From contig NC_043004.1 of the NCBI RefSeq assembly GCF_006345805.1, positions 62,372,001 to 62,436,000 of the forward strand: 64,000 nt of DNA, in the 5' to 3' direction. The notes under the pieces are model-generated. The model did no database searches. It was not told the DNA's origin and worked only from the letters and a program-made list of their open reading frames with translations. The position numbers and the translations under genes were made by a program. The stretch is from Octopus sinensis (lineage: Eukaryota). Shown here piece after piece: positions 13,440 to 27,040 of the stretch (its first letter is position 1; every line of letters begins with the position of its first letter).

Positions 13440-15700
13440 TTATTTCCGAAAACTATATGCCCTCAAGTCAGACATTCAGTTTTATCTCTCTGGAGCCAAT
13501 TCTAAGCACCATTCATATAATCGCCTCCATTGAACGACGTATGTACGCCTTGCATTAAATTTTTGAATGCGTCTTATAATTGATGGTTTTCTTTTCGTTC
13601 TTATAGCTTATTTCTAGGTTTGTTGGTATGAGCGATGCAATACGGACAAAATACTTCCAGTGACAATGACGTCTTTCTTCCAATATCTAAGAATACCACG
13701 TCCATTATGTCATTCATTGTTTTTACGACGTTACTCTGTGCAGAGAGGAGGATGTCGTAGTTATTTCGCTGAAAGTGTGTGACCACTAAAATGTTATCTC
13801 GTTGGTTCATTTGGGCTGTTGTCATTGTCCGTTGTATTAGTGATTTATGGTGATATATAAAGCAGTGGATTTCAGAAATTTGTTGTATCTGGAAGAAGTG
13901 ACAAAGCTCATGTATTTTCTATGAACTTCAATACTGGTGAAAATGATACGTTTAATATTACTTGTAATATGAAATTTGCAAACGGGATAAGATTTCAGGG
14001 GGTTGATATAGTGTAGGTTTGAAGAAATGTGTTCATTAGCTAGTATACCTGAGCAGGATACACCAAGTTTCACTTAAGGTGGGGAGGGGAGTCATTCGCA
14101 GGAAACCTTACGGTCAAGACACGAGACTGGTTAATTTAGAAATGCGGAACAGATATGCTACAATAGTGAGATAAATGATTTTACATCGATGGTCCAGATG
14201 CTAGAGCAAGAATAGCAACCATCCAGGTGGCCTTTGTATGCATTTAAAACAGTATGTCAGTATTCATAGTTCAATAACGCCCGAGATGTGAGTGCAATGC
14301 ACCATTGTTTATCGTAGTTGAGCTTTGTATAATATCAGTCGCTTTTGGAACTGAAATATTTTCTGGGGCTCCAGAGAGAGGAGAAATCGTAGGGAAAATT
14401 GGTGCCTAATATTTGGAGGAAGTGCGAGGTCTATACCTGTTTGTCGCTCATATTCAGAAGGTCTGAGATACCACCGTTGTCCTTCATTTGAATAATGCTT
14501 GAGACATTATTTCTCTTGTTAAAACAGTCAAGTTTGTCATGTCATTGATGTATCAATGTCTCCGTTTTCCGGCTCAATGCATGTTCGATGTGTAGTGTTT
14601 ACACTGGATATAAATAAAACACACAAAATAGATGTTCGGGGCGGATGAAGTGCCGTTTCATATAAGTAGAATTAAGCATTGTTTGTGATTCATGGAAGAA
14701 ACAGAGAGTGAAACGAAACTAGCGTTGGAGGGACATCGCTGTTAAAAGGGGAACAGAAATGTCACCCTTAGCATGTGACGCAAGAATACGATATCATGGG
14801 AAATTAACGGCCCAAGAGATAAAAGATAATTGGAGACTTTAGTGGCCGAACTTAAAGTTGAAATTTGTACGTTAAACTTAGTCAAAACTTTTGTTGATAT
14901 CTAGAAAATCTCCATACAACAATCATGGGTGATATGAAAATGTAGGTAGATGCCTTGTGGATTTGGTTTTACGGAAACAAAATTGGTTATAACAGAGAAG
15001 AGAGTTAGATTGAACGAGCACATGATGTTAATGGATGTTCGCATTAAGTTGGATGTATTAGAATTAAAATCAATGCAGCGTCAATGTCTGGGTAGTAGAG
15101 TGTGAAATTAAATAATTTCTTGAATATACTGGCCGTTTCTGCGGTTCAGATTTATTTCTGCTTTAGCTGAGTCACTGTGAAAGCTGGCAACATTATTTCA
15201 TTTAAGCAATTCAAGGCATTTCCGCATTTCGTATCTGGTCGGGGAGTCTATTGGGGCAGATGCATTAAGAAGGGATTGGCCAAACTTATGAACTTTTGAG
15301 TTAGAGAAAAGCTGGCAGCAATCTTTCTCAATGTGGAACTGCTTATCGATCCATTGCCGTTGAAAAGAGAAAGAAAATGGAACATTGAAAATTTCATGGA
15401 ATGGCTTTGGGAGGTCTCAGAAGGATCCAATGCAGCTTTAGTGGCGGTAGATATAATGTAAGAGATGGTGATGTTATATAAATTTGATGATGAAATCCAT
15501 CATCAAAGACGGTGAAGATGAAATTTGAATAAAGACGAAAATACAACGGACGAACTATTGCAAGGTATCCAGATGAAATTTCTGAAAGTTCTGACACTGT
15601 CTCCCAAACTACTTTCTATTCAAGAAACAGGCGGAAAGATATTTTTGACCTCGTCTGTATTTAAATTTTGTGTGGGCAGATGCGAAAAACTACAAAGCCA
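13440..15700 (-). mobile_element. Heavily decayed Penelope-like retroelement ORF (RT + GIY-YIG endonuclease remnants)
   Basis: Collinear broken motifs on the minus strand: 'TAMD..AVPH' (~15350; cf. FTMDVKSLYTxIPH), 'LELLK*NNVASF' (~15200; cf. LELVLxNNxF), 'gacattgacgctgcatt' (~15080; cf. YIDDCI), 'VKPNPQGIYLHFH' (~14960; cf. KPTDSHxYLHY), 'NEHISS...YPVCKFH' (~14000) and 'LELAPER*N' (~13490; cf. TLxPxGLN). Many stops and frameshifts. Confidence 0.5.
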
Positions 15701-16592
15701 CAAGCTCCAACCACGTCCTCATTTCGTGACTTGGTTATTGTTTGGTAAACTTCATTCTGTACATTAGATATATTTCACAGTCTGTTGCGCGTATTTAACT
15801 CAGGTCTATGGTTTGAGGAGCAATATATACCTTTTGACAGTTTTGAAGAATGAACATAAAAATACAAAACAAATTATAAAATAAACGGTCGGACAATAAA
15901 ATATGCAGGTTTGACTGCTTTTACTACTAAAATAGGTAAACTACATATATGATCCGTGTTCCTTTATAAGTAATTTTGTGTACAATTCTTACAACATGGT
16001 TTTGAGTACATATACCAAAACTATGAGAATATTAACTTTCTGATTGTGTCTCTGTTTATGTATGAGGAGCGTAGAGAGGGTGTGAGCTTTCTATTATTAT
16101 CGATTTATAATCTAAAGTCAAGCATCAGTTCGCTCGATTTCTGAAAGAGAAGTATTCGTAGTTATCACCACTAGGGAGTCAACGAAATATGAAACAAGAA
16201 GAGTACTTCAACTTTATATTTCTTCTCCTTTGTATCCCCATCATCATCATCTCCAGCAACAATACTAAGCAGCCTCATCATAAAGTAATATTATCAATTT
16301 ATATTAACAGGCTCTATTAAAATTATCTTCTACAGCTTCGTCCATACCATAATCAACATCATCGTCATCATCCCATTCTTCCACTTCATCACTTTCAATT
16401 ATAAACATAAGAAACGTGTATTTTCAACATTCAATCCCATTCATTGTCGTAATCCTCATCGTCATTATCATCACCAATACTTTCAAGATTATTAACATCT
16501 CGACAGAGGTTTTGTTCTTTTTCTTTGTGATAATAGTTCCCGATTTCTTTCTAATAATAATAATAATACTAATAATAATACTACTACTACTA

Positions 16593-16626
<34 letters not shown>

Positions 16627-16627
16627 A

Positions 16628-17016
16628 TTCTTTTTCTTCTTCTTTCAAATTTGCTTCCATTTCTTGCCGAGTGTCTTCCCGACTCCTAGGGCAAAGAAAC
16701 TCATAGTATACATCGGTAGGCCATTAAACTAAACTCACTAGTTCGTTCATTTTTTTTTTAAAGTTAAATGAAAATACATGGGTATTAATAGTTCTCACAT
16801 CGACAATGCTCTTCTCAATACGTGTGATGTACCAGTTAAGACAATCTTTTGCACTTCTTGCAGCGATGGTAAGCCAGGGATCATTCTCATATAATTTTCG
16901 GTTCCCTTCTTGATCATTCCTAGTGCTCCTACGATCATTGGTATTGTAACATTTGAGATGCCACATTTTCTCAATTTCAATGAGCAGGTCTTTATATTGT
17001 CTGAATTGTCAAACTC

Positions 17017-17018
<2 letters not shown>
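16628..17018 (-). mobile_element. 5'-truncated R4/Dong-type (RLE) non-LTR retrotransposon, family 1
   Basis: C-terminus 'QYKDLLIEIEKMWHL...IPMIVGALGMIKKG...LQEVQKIVLTGTSHVLRRALSM*' (stop 16795-97), then a 3' UTR and (AAT)n tail. Confidence 0.85.
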
Positions 17019-17058
<40 letters not shown>

Positions 17059-17074
17059 TATTATTATTATTATT

Positions 17075-17352
17075 GCCTTTGCACAGCTTCTAACGCACGG
17101 TGTCGGCTGTTCACTACGAGTGAGCCAAGGTAACACATTATTTTTCGACCACCTTCCGAAGTATTCGAGCGGTTCCAAGCAGTGTTGTTTTCTGCAAAGG
17201 CTCCACTCTTATTGCAGCCCCTATTTGTTCCACGTACTTCTCGAGATTTTTGCTCACTCTTCCCAGGGCTCCAAAAATTATTGGTACTACTGCTACCTTT
17301 TTCATCGACCACAACTTCTTAACGTCCCATGCTAACCTTTCATATCTCTCGA
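17075..17352 (-). mobile_element. 5'-truncated R4/Dong-type (RLE) non-LTR retrotransposon, family 2
   Basis: 'RYERLAWDVKKLWSMKKVAVVPIIFGALGRVSKNLEKYVEQIG...LQKTTLLGTARILRKVVEK*' (one frameshift), short 3' UTR, (AAT)n tail. Confidence 0.85.
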
Positions 17353-17427
17353 CTTATCATCATCATCATCATCATTATCATCATTAGTATTATTATTAAT
17401 ATTATTATCATTATTATTATTATTATT

Positions 17428-17980
17428 GAGTGAGAGAGCAGTTCATGCCATCAAAGTGACACTGGGGTAAAATATACGAAGCCCAATATACCCATCATGA
17501 CTACCCGTCTGATAAAGGTACACCAGGCACATGCATCACAACCATATGTGCGCGACATGGTGATCTCATATCAAGATAAACAGCACATGACCTTGCAGGT
17601 GGGGCCCAGTTAGAATTTTCTTCAGGTTGAGTAGCCCATCCTGCTCAAAAGGTCCTTGAATAAGGGTTGCTTTAGGATGTTGAACGAAACACCTATGTTT
17701 CCAGAGGTGAACCATTCAAACTCCAAAGAATCCCTCTCAACACATGGCCATGATGCTCCCCCACTACTTCTGCTCGTGATCAGAGATGCACATATCGTCA
17801 GCCACTAAGGGACATGCTCAACTGGTTAAGGTCAAACAACTGACAAGCAAATCTGTGGTATTGAGCAGAATATTTGCTGTAGCCCATCTTTTATACCAAG
17901 ACAAATCAATGTACATGATAACACTTCCAATTAGTTAAGATCAGAAGCCATGAGAGCCACTGCCTGGTACTGCATCAGGG

Positions 17981-17982
<2 letters not shown>
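17428..17982. mobile_element. ~555-bp non-coding interspersed element in (TTA)n, copy 1
   Basis: Runs from 'gagtgagagagcagttcatgccatc' to 'ctggtactgcatcagggca'; flanked by TTA repeats; no ORF; no terminal inverted repeats. Confidence 0.85.
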
Positions 17983-18033
<51 letters not shown>

Positions 18034-18035
18034 TT

Positions 18036-18562
18036 GAGTGAGAGAGCAGTTCATGTCATCAAAGTGAAACTGGGGTACGAATATGCGAAGCTCAGTACAC
18101 CCTTCATGACAACCCGTCTTTTAAGTGTACACTAGAGACATGCATCACAGCCATATTTGTACTATATTATATAAAGATAAAAAGCGCATGACCTTGCAGT
18201 TGGGGCCCCAGTGAGACCAGTTTTCTAAGTGAGTATCCCATCCCGCCCAAAATGTCTGTGACTGAGGGTTACTAAGGGTTGAAGGACAAAACACATGTTC
18301 CCAAATATGAATTATACAAACTCTAAAGAATTCCTTTAAATACATGTCTATGATGTTCCCCCACTGCTATTGTTCGTCATCAGAGATGCACATACTGTCA
18401 GCGACTGAGGGACATGCTCAGCTGCTTTACGACAAACAACTGACAAGCAGATACGTGGTATTTGGCACAATATTTGCTGCAGTCCATCTTTTTACATCAA
18501 GATATAACGTGTACATAATAACATTTCCATTCAGAGCCAGTGCCTGGTACTGCATTGGGGCA
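18036..18562. mobile_element. ~555-bp element, copy 2 (more diverged)
   Basis: Same termini, many more substitutions and small deletions than copies 1 and 3. Confidence 0.85.
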
Positions 18563-18609
18563 TTATATTATCCTCATCATCATCATCATTATTATCATTA
18601 TTATTATTA

Positions 18610-18674
<65 letters not shown>

Positions 18675-18677
<3 letters not shown>

Positions 18678-19228
18678 TGAGCGAGCAGAGCATGCCATCA
18701 AAGTGACACTGGGGTAAAATATACGAAGCCCAGTATACCCATCATGACTACCCGTCTGATAAGGGTACACCAGGTACATGCATCACAACCATATGTGCGC
18801 GATATGGTGATCTCATATCAAGATAAACAGCACATGACCTTGCAGGTGGAGCCCAGTTAGAATTTTCTTCAGTTTGAGTAACCCATCCCGCTCAAAAGGT
18901 CCCTGAATAAGGGTTGTTTAAGGACGTTGAACGAAATACCCATGTTTCCAGAGGTGAATTATTCAAACCCCAAAGAATCCTTCTCAATACATGGCTATGA
19001 TGCTCCCCCACTACTTCTGCTCGTGATCAGAGATGCACATATCGTCAGCCACTAAGGGACATGCTCAACTGGTTAAGGTCAAACAACTGACAAGCAAATC
19101 TGTGGTATTGAGCAGAATATTTGCTGTAGCCCATCTTTTATACCAAGACAAATCAATGTACACGATAACACTTCAAATCAGTTAAGATCAGAAGCCATGA
19201 GAGCCATTGCCTGGTACTGCATCAGGGC

Positions 19229-19229
<1 letters not shown>
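18675..19229. mobile_element. ~555-bp element, copy 3
   Basis: Same termini; about 8 differences from copy 1 in the first 135 nt. Confidence 0.85.
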
Positions 19230-19277
<48 letters not shown>

Positions 19278-20554
19278 TATTATTATTATTATTATTAGGC
19301 GGTGAGCTGGAAGAAACGTTAGGGCGCCTGCCAAATTACTTAGTGACATTTCGTCTGGTCTTGCTTTTTAGTTCAAACTAAGCCGAGGTCGACTTTACTT
19401 TTTATCCTTCGGGGTCGATAAAATAAGTACCAGGTGAAGACTAGGGTCGACATAATCGATTCATCCCCACCTCCCCCAAGCTGACCGTTTGGCAAAAATT
19501 TGAAACAATTATAATGATAATTATTATTAGGTGATGTGCTGCCAGAACCGTTAGGGACGCCTGGCAAATGCTTAGTGGCATTTTGTCCGTCCTTACTTTT
19601 GTGAGTTAAAAATTCAGCCGAAGACGACTTCGCCTTTCATCATTTCCGGGCCTGTAAATTAAGTACGAGTTGAGTACTGGTGAGTGAGCTTATCAATATA
19701 CCCCTCCCCGATCTAATAAATTATACACTCCCCCCAAAATTTCAAGCCTTCTGCGTAGAGTAAAAAAGAATTATTATTACGATTTTCTGAAATATATTCA
19801 CTCACGTTTCTTCCGCCTACTTAAGTTCGAATTTAAATTTCACTGAGGTCGATTTTGTCTTTCTTCACTTCGGGTCGATAAACTACGTACCAGATTAACA
19901 TGACGATAGATGTAATCGACAATACCCCTCCTGCTAACGTAGAAAAATTATAAACAATTAGTGTTATTATTTGTTGAGGAATGGTGTCGACGTCACATCC
20001 GTATAAGATGCAAACCGTGTCTGGAGAAACAAACAATGCTTATATTGATTTCATGTTTTCTTTTTTGTGTGCGTGTGTGTGGAAGGCAACCTATTTCGAG
20101 GTAAGGAGTTAGTCTGTACATCGACCTTAGTAATAAACTGGTACTTTTTATCGACTCCGAATAATGACAATTTCGAAAGGTAAAGATGACCTCGGTTGTA
20201 TTTGAACTCAGAACATTCATACGAACGAAATGCTGCTAAGCATTTGAAAAGCAGGACGTAGAGATCCGAAAAATGAAAAGAAAAACATTTTATTCGATGC
20301 TATAGCGATTCCTCTAATTCGCCACCTTTATATTATAATTTCATTTTTATAGCATTAAAGTTTCTCGGATTTTAATCTCAAGCTTCGAGACGAAATATAT
20401 CATACACACACACACACACACACACACAACTCACATACACACGCATAATACGCATCAAAGATATATCGATGTAATATTTGAATTTGCTTCAGGCGCATCG
20501 TGTACCTTCTACTTTTTCAGTCATCAGACTGCAGTTATGATGGGTGCTACGTTG

Positions 20555-20742
20555 AAGACTTCTAGCGGAACGAATCGGCCCTGGTACTTATTTATTTTAA
20601 GCCGGGTATTTATTCTATCCGCCTTTTTGCCGAAGCACTACTTATGGAAAAGTAAACGAACCGACGCCGGACGTCAATCTGTGATGGAGGACAAAAAAAC
20701 ACACGCCCTCTCCCCCTCTCTCTCTCACGCACACTTACATAT

Positions 20743-20790
<48 letters not shown>

Positions 20791-20905
20791 TGAGGGTCTT
20801 CTTTCTGTTTTCGCTAACCAATTCCAAGATGCCACGCAGTGGGACTGAACATGGAACCATGCTGTCTGAAAGCAAACTTCTTACCATGTAGTTCCGCCTT
20901 TGCAT
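20555..20905 (-). mobile_element. Degenerate composite CORE-like SINE
   Basis: 'ttctttctgttttcgctaaccaattcca...agatgccacgcagtgggactgaacatggaaccatg' plus the internal TA tract. Confidence 0.65.
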
Positions 20906-21643
20906 AGATATCTAGAACCAAAACTTCTGAGATTGTCTGGAGATCAAAGCGATCGATTTGAAGTATCGTCGGAAATACTCTAATCTGCAATCTGCAGAAG
21001 GTTTGCAACACAATTGGTCGGCATAATTATTTAGCTCAGCCCTGTAGTTTAAGGAGCAATTTAATTTAATGGCCCCGGAAAAATAAACGATAATGTTGAC
21101 CTAGTTTAAGATCAGAATCGTAAAGTGTCTTCACTAAAAACCAAACAGCATTTGGTCCGTTACTTTTTCGAATCTATTGATTTTAAATATTGATTTCTTA
21201 CATAGATACACAGCCTCAAATAAGTTTGGAAAGGAACACTGAATAACAATCGATTTCAGCGTTTCATTCCTGTATTATTTTATCGATTTCGAAATGATGA
21301 AAAGCTATTTTGACCGCTATCGCATTTGAACGCAGAAGTGTAAAGGGCAGCAAATAAATTCCCCAACATATATTTTCGTCCTTTTAATTTCTACGAACCG
21401 ATCATTCTTGTCATTGTAAATATTAAGCTTTTACTTAGCCTTAATTATAAACTCAGTCCCAATCCGAATAATTATTGTGGCACAAACGGTGTTGTTATTG
21501 ATTGTTAACTCTAAATAAATCTTGAATCGGGTCTTTTTGTACATCTTACTCTTTCTGAGTGATAACTCTCTGTTTATTCTAGTATTTTCCCGAAAAGAAA
21601 AAAGAAAACATAGATGCTCCTACGTTAGCCTGTATATCATCTA

Positions 21644-21654
<11 letters not shown>

Positions 21655-21713
<59 letters not shown>
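21655..21713. repeat. (AGT)n microsatellite
   Basis: Direct reading. Confidence 0.95.
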
Positions 21714-21714
<1 letters not shown>

Positions 21715-24388
21715 TACCCTTTTTTCAATACATTAGGGTGTGATTTGATGGACACTTGTCAGACATTTCTAACACTTTTTCTATATAGACAGTTAAAAAC
21801 CAAGGAATGAAAAATGCTACTTCATCTTACCTTGTTATGCACTATTCAATATTATTCCGCAATAAACTTGCTGCCTAGACAGCCATTCATATTATGTTAT
21901 TTAACAATAACATTAAAGTGGGAAGCTTTACGAGGGCGTATGAATATGTAGATATAGGAAGCAAGTCATTTTACATTCAAAGCCTATCGTGCTTTTGCTA
22001 AGGAAAACTAATTAAAACTTTATTCTCTTCAACCAAGTACACATTGTCCTACACATAGAATGAACGGGAAAAAGGCTGTATGATGTAGACTTTAGGTCAT
22101 ACAGCATTTTACTCTAGACTAAACAAAAACAAAAAGAGAGAGAAAGTTCTTGAATCATGTTCCATTTCGATCAGTGTTGCCATGTTCCGAAACAGTATCG
22201 ATAACAACAGTAGCAGCAGCAGCAACATAAACGAGAACAACAACTACATGCTCAGAATATTTACAAAATATTTACGAATATCCAGTATGCAACAGAGACA
22301 ATTGAATTTAATGTTACAGAATCGAAAATAGACTTCCTTGCCACACACACACATTCACATACACATTACAAAACCATCTAGTGAAATGTTTGAAATATAA
22401 TCATTTTTACTTTACATTAATGGATATTATTACCAATAATGAATGATTAAAGTAAGTTGGTGATGTGGCAGAATCGTTAGCTCACGTGGTATGGCATACT
22501 TCTTGCAGTATTTCGTCCGTCTTTACCTTCTGAGTACAAATTCCGCCGACTTTGGCTTTGCTTTTCCTTCTTTCGGAGTGACAAAATGAGTAACAGATGA
22601 ACACTGGATTCAACGTAATCTTCACCTCTTCTCCAGAGTTTCTGGAATTTTGCCAACACTTGAAGTCAATAATTAAAGCCAGAGAACGAATCTAAAGTAT
22701 TGCTTTAAATAAGGAAATGTTTTCTTAAGTTTATTATATTTTTCGGTATTAAGGCGGAGACCCAGCAGAATCGTTAGGAAGACGGACGAATTACTTTGCA
22801 GCAGTTTGTCTGTATTTACGTTCTCGGATCAAATTCCTCCGAAATCGGCTTTGAAATTTACCCGTTAGGGGTCGATAAAATAAGTACCTGCTTAGTACAG
22901 GGGTCGATGTCGTCCATTTTCTTCTCCTCAAAATTTCAGTCCTTCTACCTATAGTTGTAAGGATTGTCATTTTAGTTACTATTAGATTTTGTAAGTATTT
23001 TGGTTATTAGTAAAGAAGGTTAGCCCATCTAATAAAATGCTTATGGCAATTTCATCTGTCGCATTGCGTTCTGAATTCAAATTCTGACGAGGTCGACTCA
23101 CTTAGTCTATAATATTTATACCCGTTGTTTAACCAGGGTGGTTGTAATCTATTTTTCTTCCCTGAACATTTCTACTGGACGTGTACCAAAATTTAGAGCT
23201 AATGAGGATGTTTGTGTGTAGTTGCTATATTTTCTGAATCTATAAAGCGAACTTGCATAAAATGTTCAGATTCATTTAGTTACAATCCTTAATACAAATT
23301 TATCAACTGCATTTTCCTTTCATTATATATATATATGTAACAAAATGTTCCACTTAATTCTTTGGGCGATTCCACTGAATAGATTTAAAGACCAGCTATC
23401 CATAATGAATGCCGATGTTGGATATTATCGTTATTACTGTTGTGAAGTGACAAACTTTAGCACACCGGACAAAATACCTGGCAGAATTTCGTTCATCTTT
23501 ATGTTTTGTACTTAAATTACCCCTGAGTTCACTCTGCCTTTCATCCTTTTTGGCTTGATGGGATCCACTAGCCTATTCTCCAAAATTTCATGAGCTAAAC
23601 AACATGCAGAAGTGAGTAGAAAACAGCTTGTAACGTTTAAACATGTCCTTTTATTTCATGCGTTCAAATTCTGGACGGCATCAACTGTACCTTATGTCAT
23701 TGTACAGGAGATAAAAATATATAAAACTTTTGGTATCTCATATCTAAGCTAGAAATCAAAGTGACAATGTGTTAAAATCAGGACAGTTATGGACAGAATA
23801 TCGTGCTCACTGATTTCAAGTCGTGATGCGGTCAATTTATCCTCTGAAATTTGTGCCACTCCATTGTCTATTCTCTCTCCACCCCTCTCTCCTTCACTGT
23901 CACAGTATCGGCAATATAAGTTTCGGAATTTTTGGTATTGTGCCACGCCGATTCCACCTGAGAATTTTGCTAAAGTACGCTTGTGTATGGAATATTCGGC
24001 TACACAGAAATTTCCATACTTCGACGGGACGAAGAAACCATGAGAAATCAATGTGTGTTATCATTGAATTTAGTTTCCATTATACTACAATTTTAATATG
24101 ATGAGCTGGCTGAATCGTTTGCGCATCGGACAAAATTCTTTGCTGTATTTCTTCCGACCCATAACGCTCTGAGCTCGAATCAAAAGAAGTGGAAGCCTTT
24201 CAGCTGTACAGTAACAATGAAATAAGTACCAGCTGAGCACTGTGATCGGTAATATAGACTAATCATCACTGCTAAAACTGCCGTCGTTGTGCATCAAAAA
24301 CAAATAAGATGATATTAATACAAACATATTTTAAATATACCTCCATTTAAAGTTACGCAGACATTCCCTTACATTACTCTGTACTCAG

Positions 24389-24797
24389 GGCGGTGAGCTG
24401 GCAGAATTGTTAGCACTCCGGGCGAAATGCTTAGTGGTATTTCGTCTGCCGCTACGTTCTGAGTTCAAATTCCGCCGAGGTCGACTTTGCCTTTCATCCT
24501 TTCGGGGTCGATTAAATAAGTACCAGTTACGCACTGGGGTCGATATAATCGACTTAATCCTTTTGTCTGTCCTTGTTTGTCTATGTTTAGCCCCTTGTGG
24601 GTAATAACGAAATAGGTACATTATCTGCCGTTACGTTCTATGTTCAATTACGCCGAACTGGACTTTGCCATTCATCCTTTCGGCGTCAATTAAATAAGTA
24701 CCAGTTACGCACTGGAGTCGATGTAATCAACTTATCCCCTTTGTTTGTCCTTGTTTGTCCCCTCTGTGTTTAGCCTCCCTGTGGGCAATTACGAAAT
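24389..24797 (+). mobile_element. Family M SINE, dimeric form, near consensus
   Basis: 'ggcggtgagctggcagaattgttagc...gaaat' joined at ~24614 to a second unit 'aggtacattatctgccgttacg...acgaaat'. Confidence 0.9.
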
Positions 24798-24884
24798 AAA
24801 TATAACAGTACTCAAATTTCGAAGGTTAGCTGTTAGTGTATTTTCTTCATTGCAATGCAATTGTTAGTTCGACTCCTATCCTGG

Positions 24885-24936
<52 letters not shown>

Positions 24937-25180
24937 AGACATTCTAATTTTCATTCCCCTCGTCTACACATGGAAATAGTACAAACCGAGTGTTGACACA
25001 GTATCTGTTCATCTCGCTCCCTCTATCTATTTCGTTCTCTCCTTCCTTCCTTTCTCCCCGCCCTCATTCTCCTCAGTTTCTATCGCTCTCTCCTCTTTCT
25101 CTATCACTTTTCTACTCTCTCTATCTCTCTTTCTCCATTCTCTTATCTCTCTATGCCCTCTCTCTCTATCTGTGTGATTA

Positions 25181-25320
25181 GGTCCGACCTCCTAGTTCCT
25201 GTAATAAGCGCGTGATCATATGTTTCACATCCTGGAATGGGCGGAGTGTTGTGTCTTTGAGCAAGGCTCTTCATTTCAAGTTGACCCAGTCTACTCTTCT
25301 ATAAATGAGTGAAAACCCAG
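25181..25320 (+). mobile_element. Degenerate CORE-like SINE
   Basis: 'tgttgtgtctttgagcaaggctcttcatttcaagttgacccagtctactc...taaatgagt' resembles a CORE block. Confidence 0.5.
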
Positions 25321-26904
25321 TGCCCATGCATCTCTTTTTCCCTCCAGCTGCAAAGGCACAATAGATAAATAAATAAATGAAATTCTTACAGCAATGTTCC
25401 ATGTTTCCAAACCACATTTGCCAGCGGGAGACTACTGTGCAAATACTCAAGTATTGAAGTCAATATTGTTTCTTGTGTGATCTCTCTCGGTGTATTCCCT
25501 CAAGTCAGTTGTTAGATAAAATTTATACTCTGCTGTTTCTTCTATGTTTCATAGCAGTCTTAGTGACCGAGATACCTATCCTAGTTAGTGCTGCGCATTA
25601 ATTTTACCATTCCTATCATTAAGGAAATCCATCCAACATCAGCATTACTAATCATAAACGTTCACTTATCGCATTGAAATTCCATGCCTAATTTATAAAC
25701 CTTATTTTCGTGTTTGCCGTAACGTTGATATTGCTGTTATGCCGCGCTAGTGCTGTTGTTTATGTTGTTGTTACTTAATTATGAATCAAAATCAAAACCA
25801 TATGCTATATTAAGTGGTGCAATCTTTTTTCTTCTATTTGTTTTTCTTTGTTCATTTTCGTTTGAGCCAGCATTTTCACGAAGAATGTTTTTCAGCTACA
25901 GTCTGCCATCAGAACTCGAGGTAGAGTGTGGTTCTCCTGGTAGATCAGTAGCAACATCAACCTGAAATCACACACTAATCTCTTAGAGAAAATAATTAAA
26001 TACTGGATATGATATACAGTATATTTTTACCTGAGCAAAATGGTTGTATTTCGAGCCACCTGGTTTAACAGCTCGAGCTATTGTAGTCATTTAGCTCGGA
26101 TCTCATAGTTAATGTTAATTTCTTCTCTGCGTACATAGGTCTTGGAGGTTGTTTGTAGAATCGCTGGTGCAGGGGTTAACGTCTTCAATAAACAATACAA
26201 AACATAAATCAGTGTTGGTCCGACTTTCAAGTATAGAGAAACTACTGCATGTACAACTTTCACGATACGCAGTGAAGTTCTCATAACCGATAAGATGCAA
26301 TTTATCTTAACGGAACGATCGACTGGTCATGACAACATGAAGTAGGCCCACAATAATAAAATATTTTAGCAACGAAATTCAAACAAGAACTAAGTATACA
26401 CGGCCACATGAAACAAATGTATACCCAGGAAGTTTGGACTGCTATGTCTAGCAATTTGAATACCTATGTGGAAGCTCTCCCAATGAGTAGATCACATGGC
26501 TACAGTTCCTCTTGTAAACGGGTGATGGTTTATTCGTAGAATTTATATATTATTTCCCTCTAGTTACGGAAAATTCTTCAAAGAACAGCATATAAAATTC
26601 TGCTGAATGCGAAAGAATCGATTTTTGTGTGTGTAGTGTATGCGTTGATATACAAAATTGGATAGGAAAATAGTTTCTGTAAACATATAGACATGGCTCT
26701 ATTTTTTCCCTTCAGTAATTCTAGCAAAGCATCAACAAAGGAAATAATATAGGTTACATTTCCCTAATACTCTTAATTTGTATTTGTATGCTGAACAAAA
26801 AATATTGTATTTAAAAGTGTTCTTCTGACATCTGCCACTGTAATAGCTTTGTGAGTGTATTTGGCATACAAACATACGTGCGTGTGTGGTGTGTGTTTAT
26901 ATAT

Positions 26905-26936
<32 letters not shown>

Positions 26937-27003
26937 ATATATATATTATATATAATATATATATATATATAATATACATATATATACATATATAATATAT
27001 ATA

Positions 27004-27040
<37 letters not shown>

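Larger units (their letters stand above)
19298..24260. mobile_element. Dense field of degenerate family M SINEs
   Basis: Recognisable copies at ~19298, 19530, 19790, 22460, 22752, 23010, 23440 and 24100 (+), and ~20080-20245, 20960-21140 and 21200-21370 (-). Confidence 0.7.

Noticed and set aside
17780-17810. CUGACGA on the minus strand of the 555-bp element
   Set aside because: No stem II/GAAA partner or stem I follows, so it is not a hammerhead.
21929-21950. 'tacgagggcg' resembling a mariner TIR start
   Set aside because: Only ~10 bp match, with no partner TIR or transposase sequence.
25380-26560. Several 35-50-codon open stretches on both strands
   Set aside because: No recognisable domain and inconsistent splice sites; faint transposase resemblance is not convincing.
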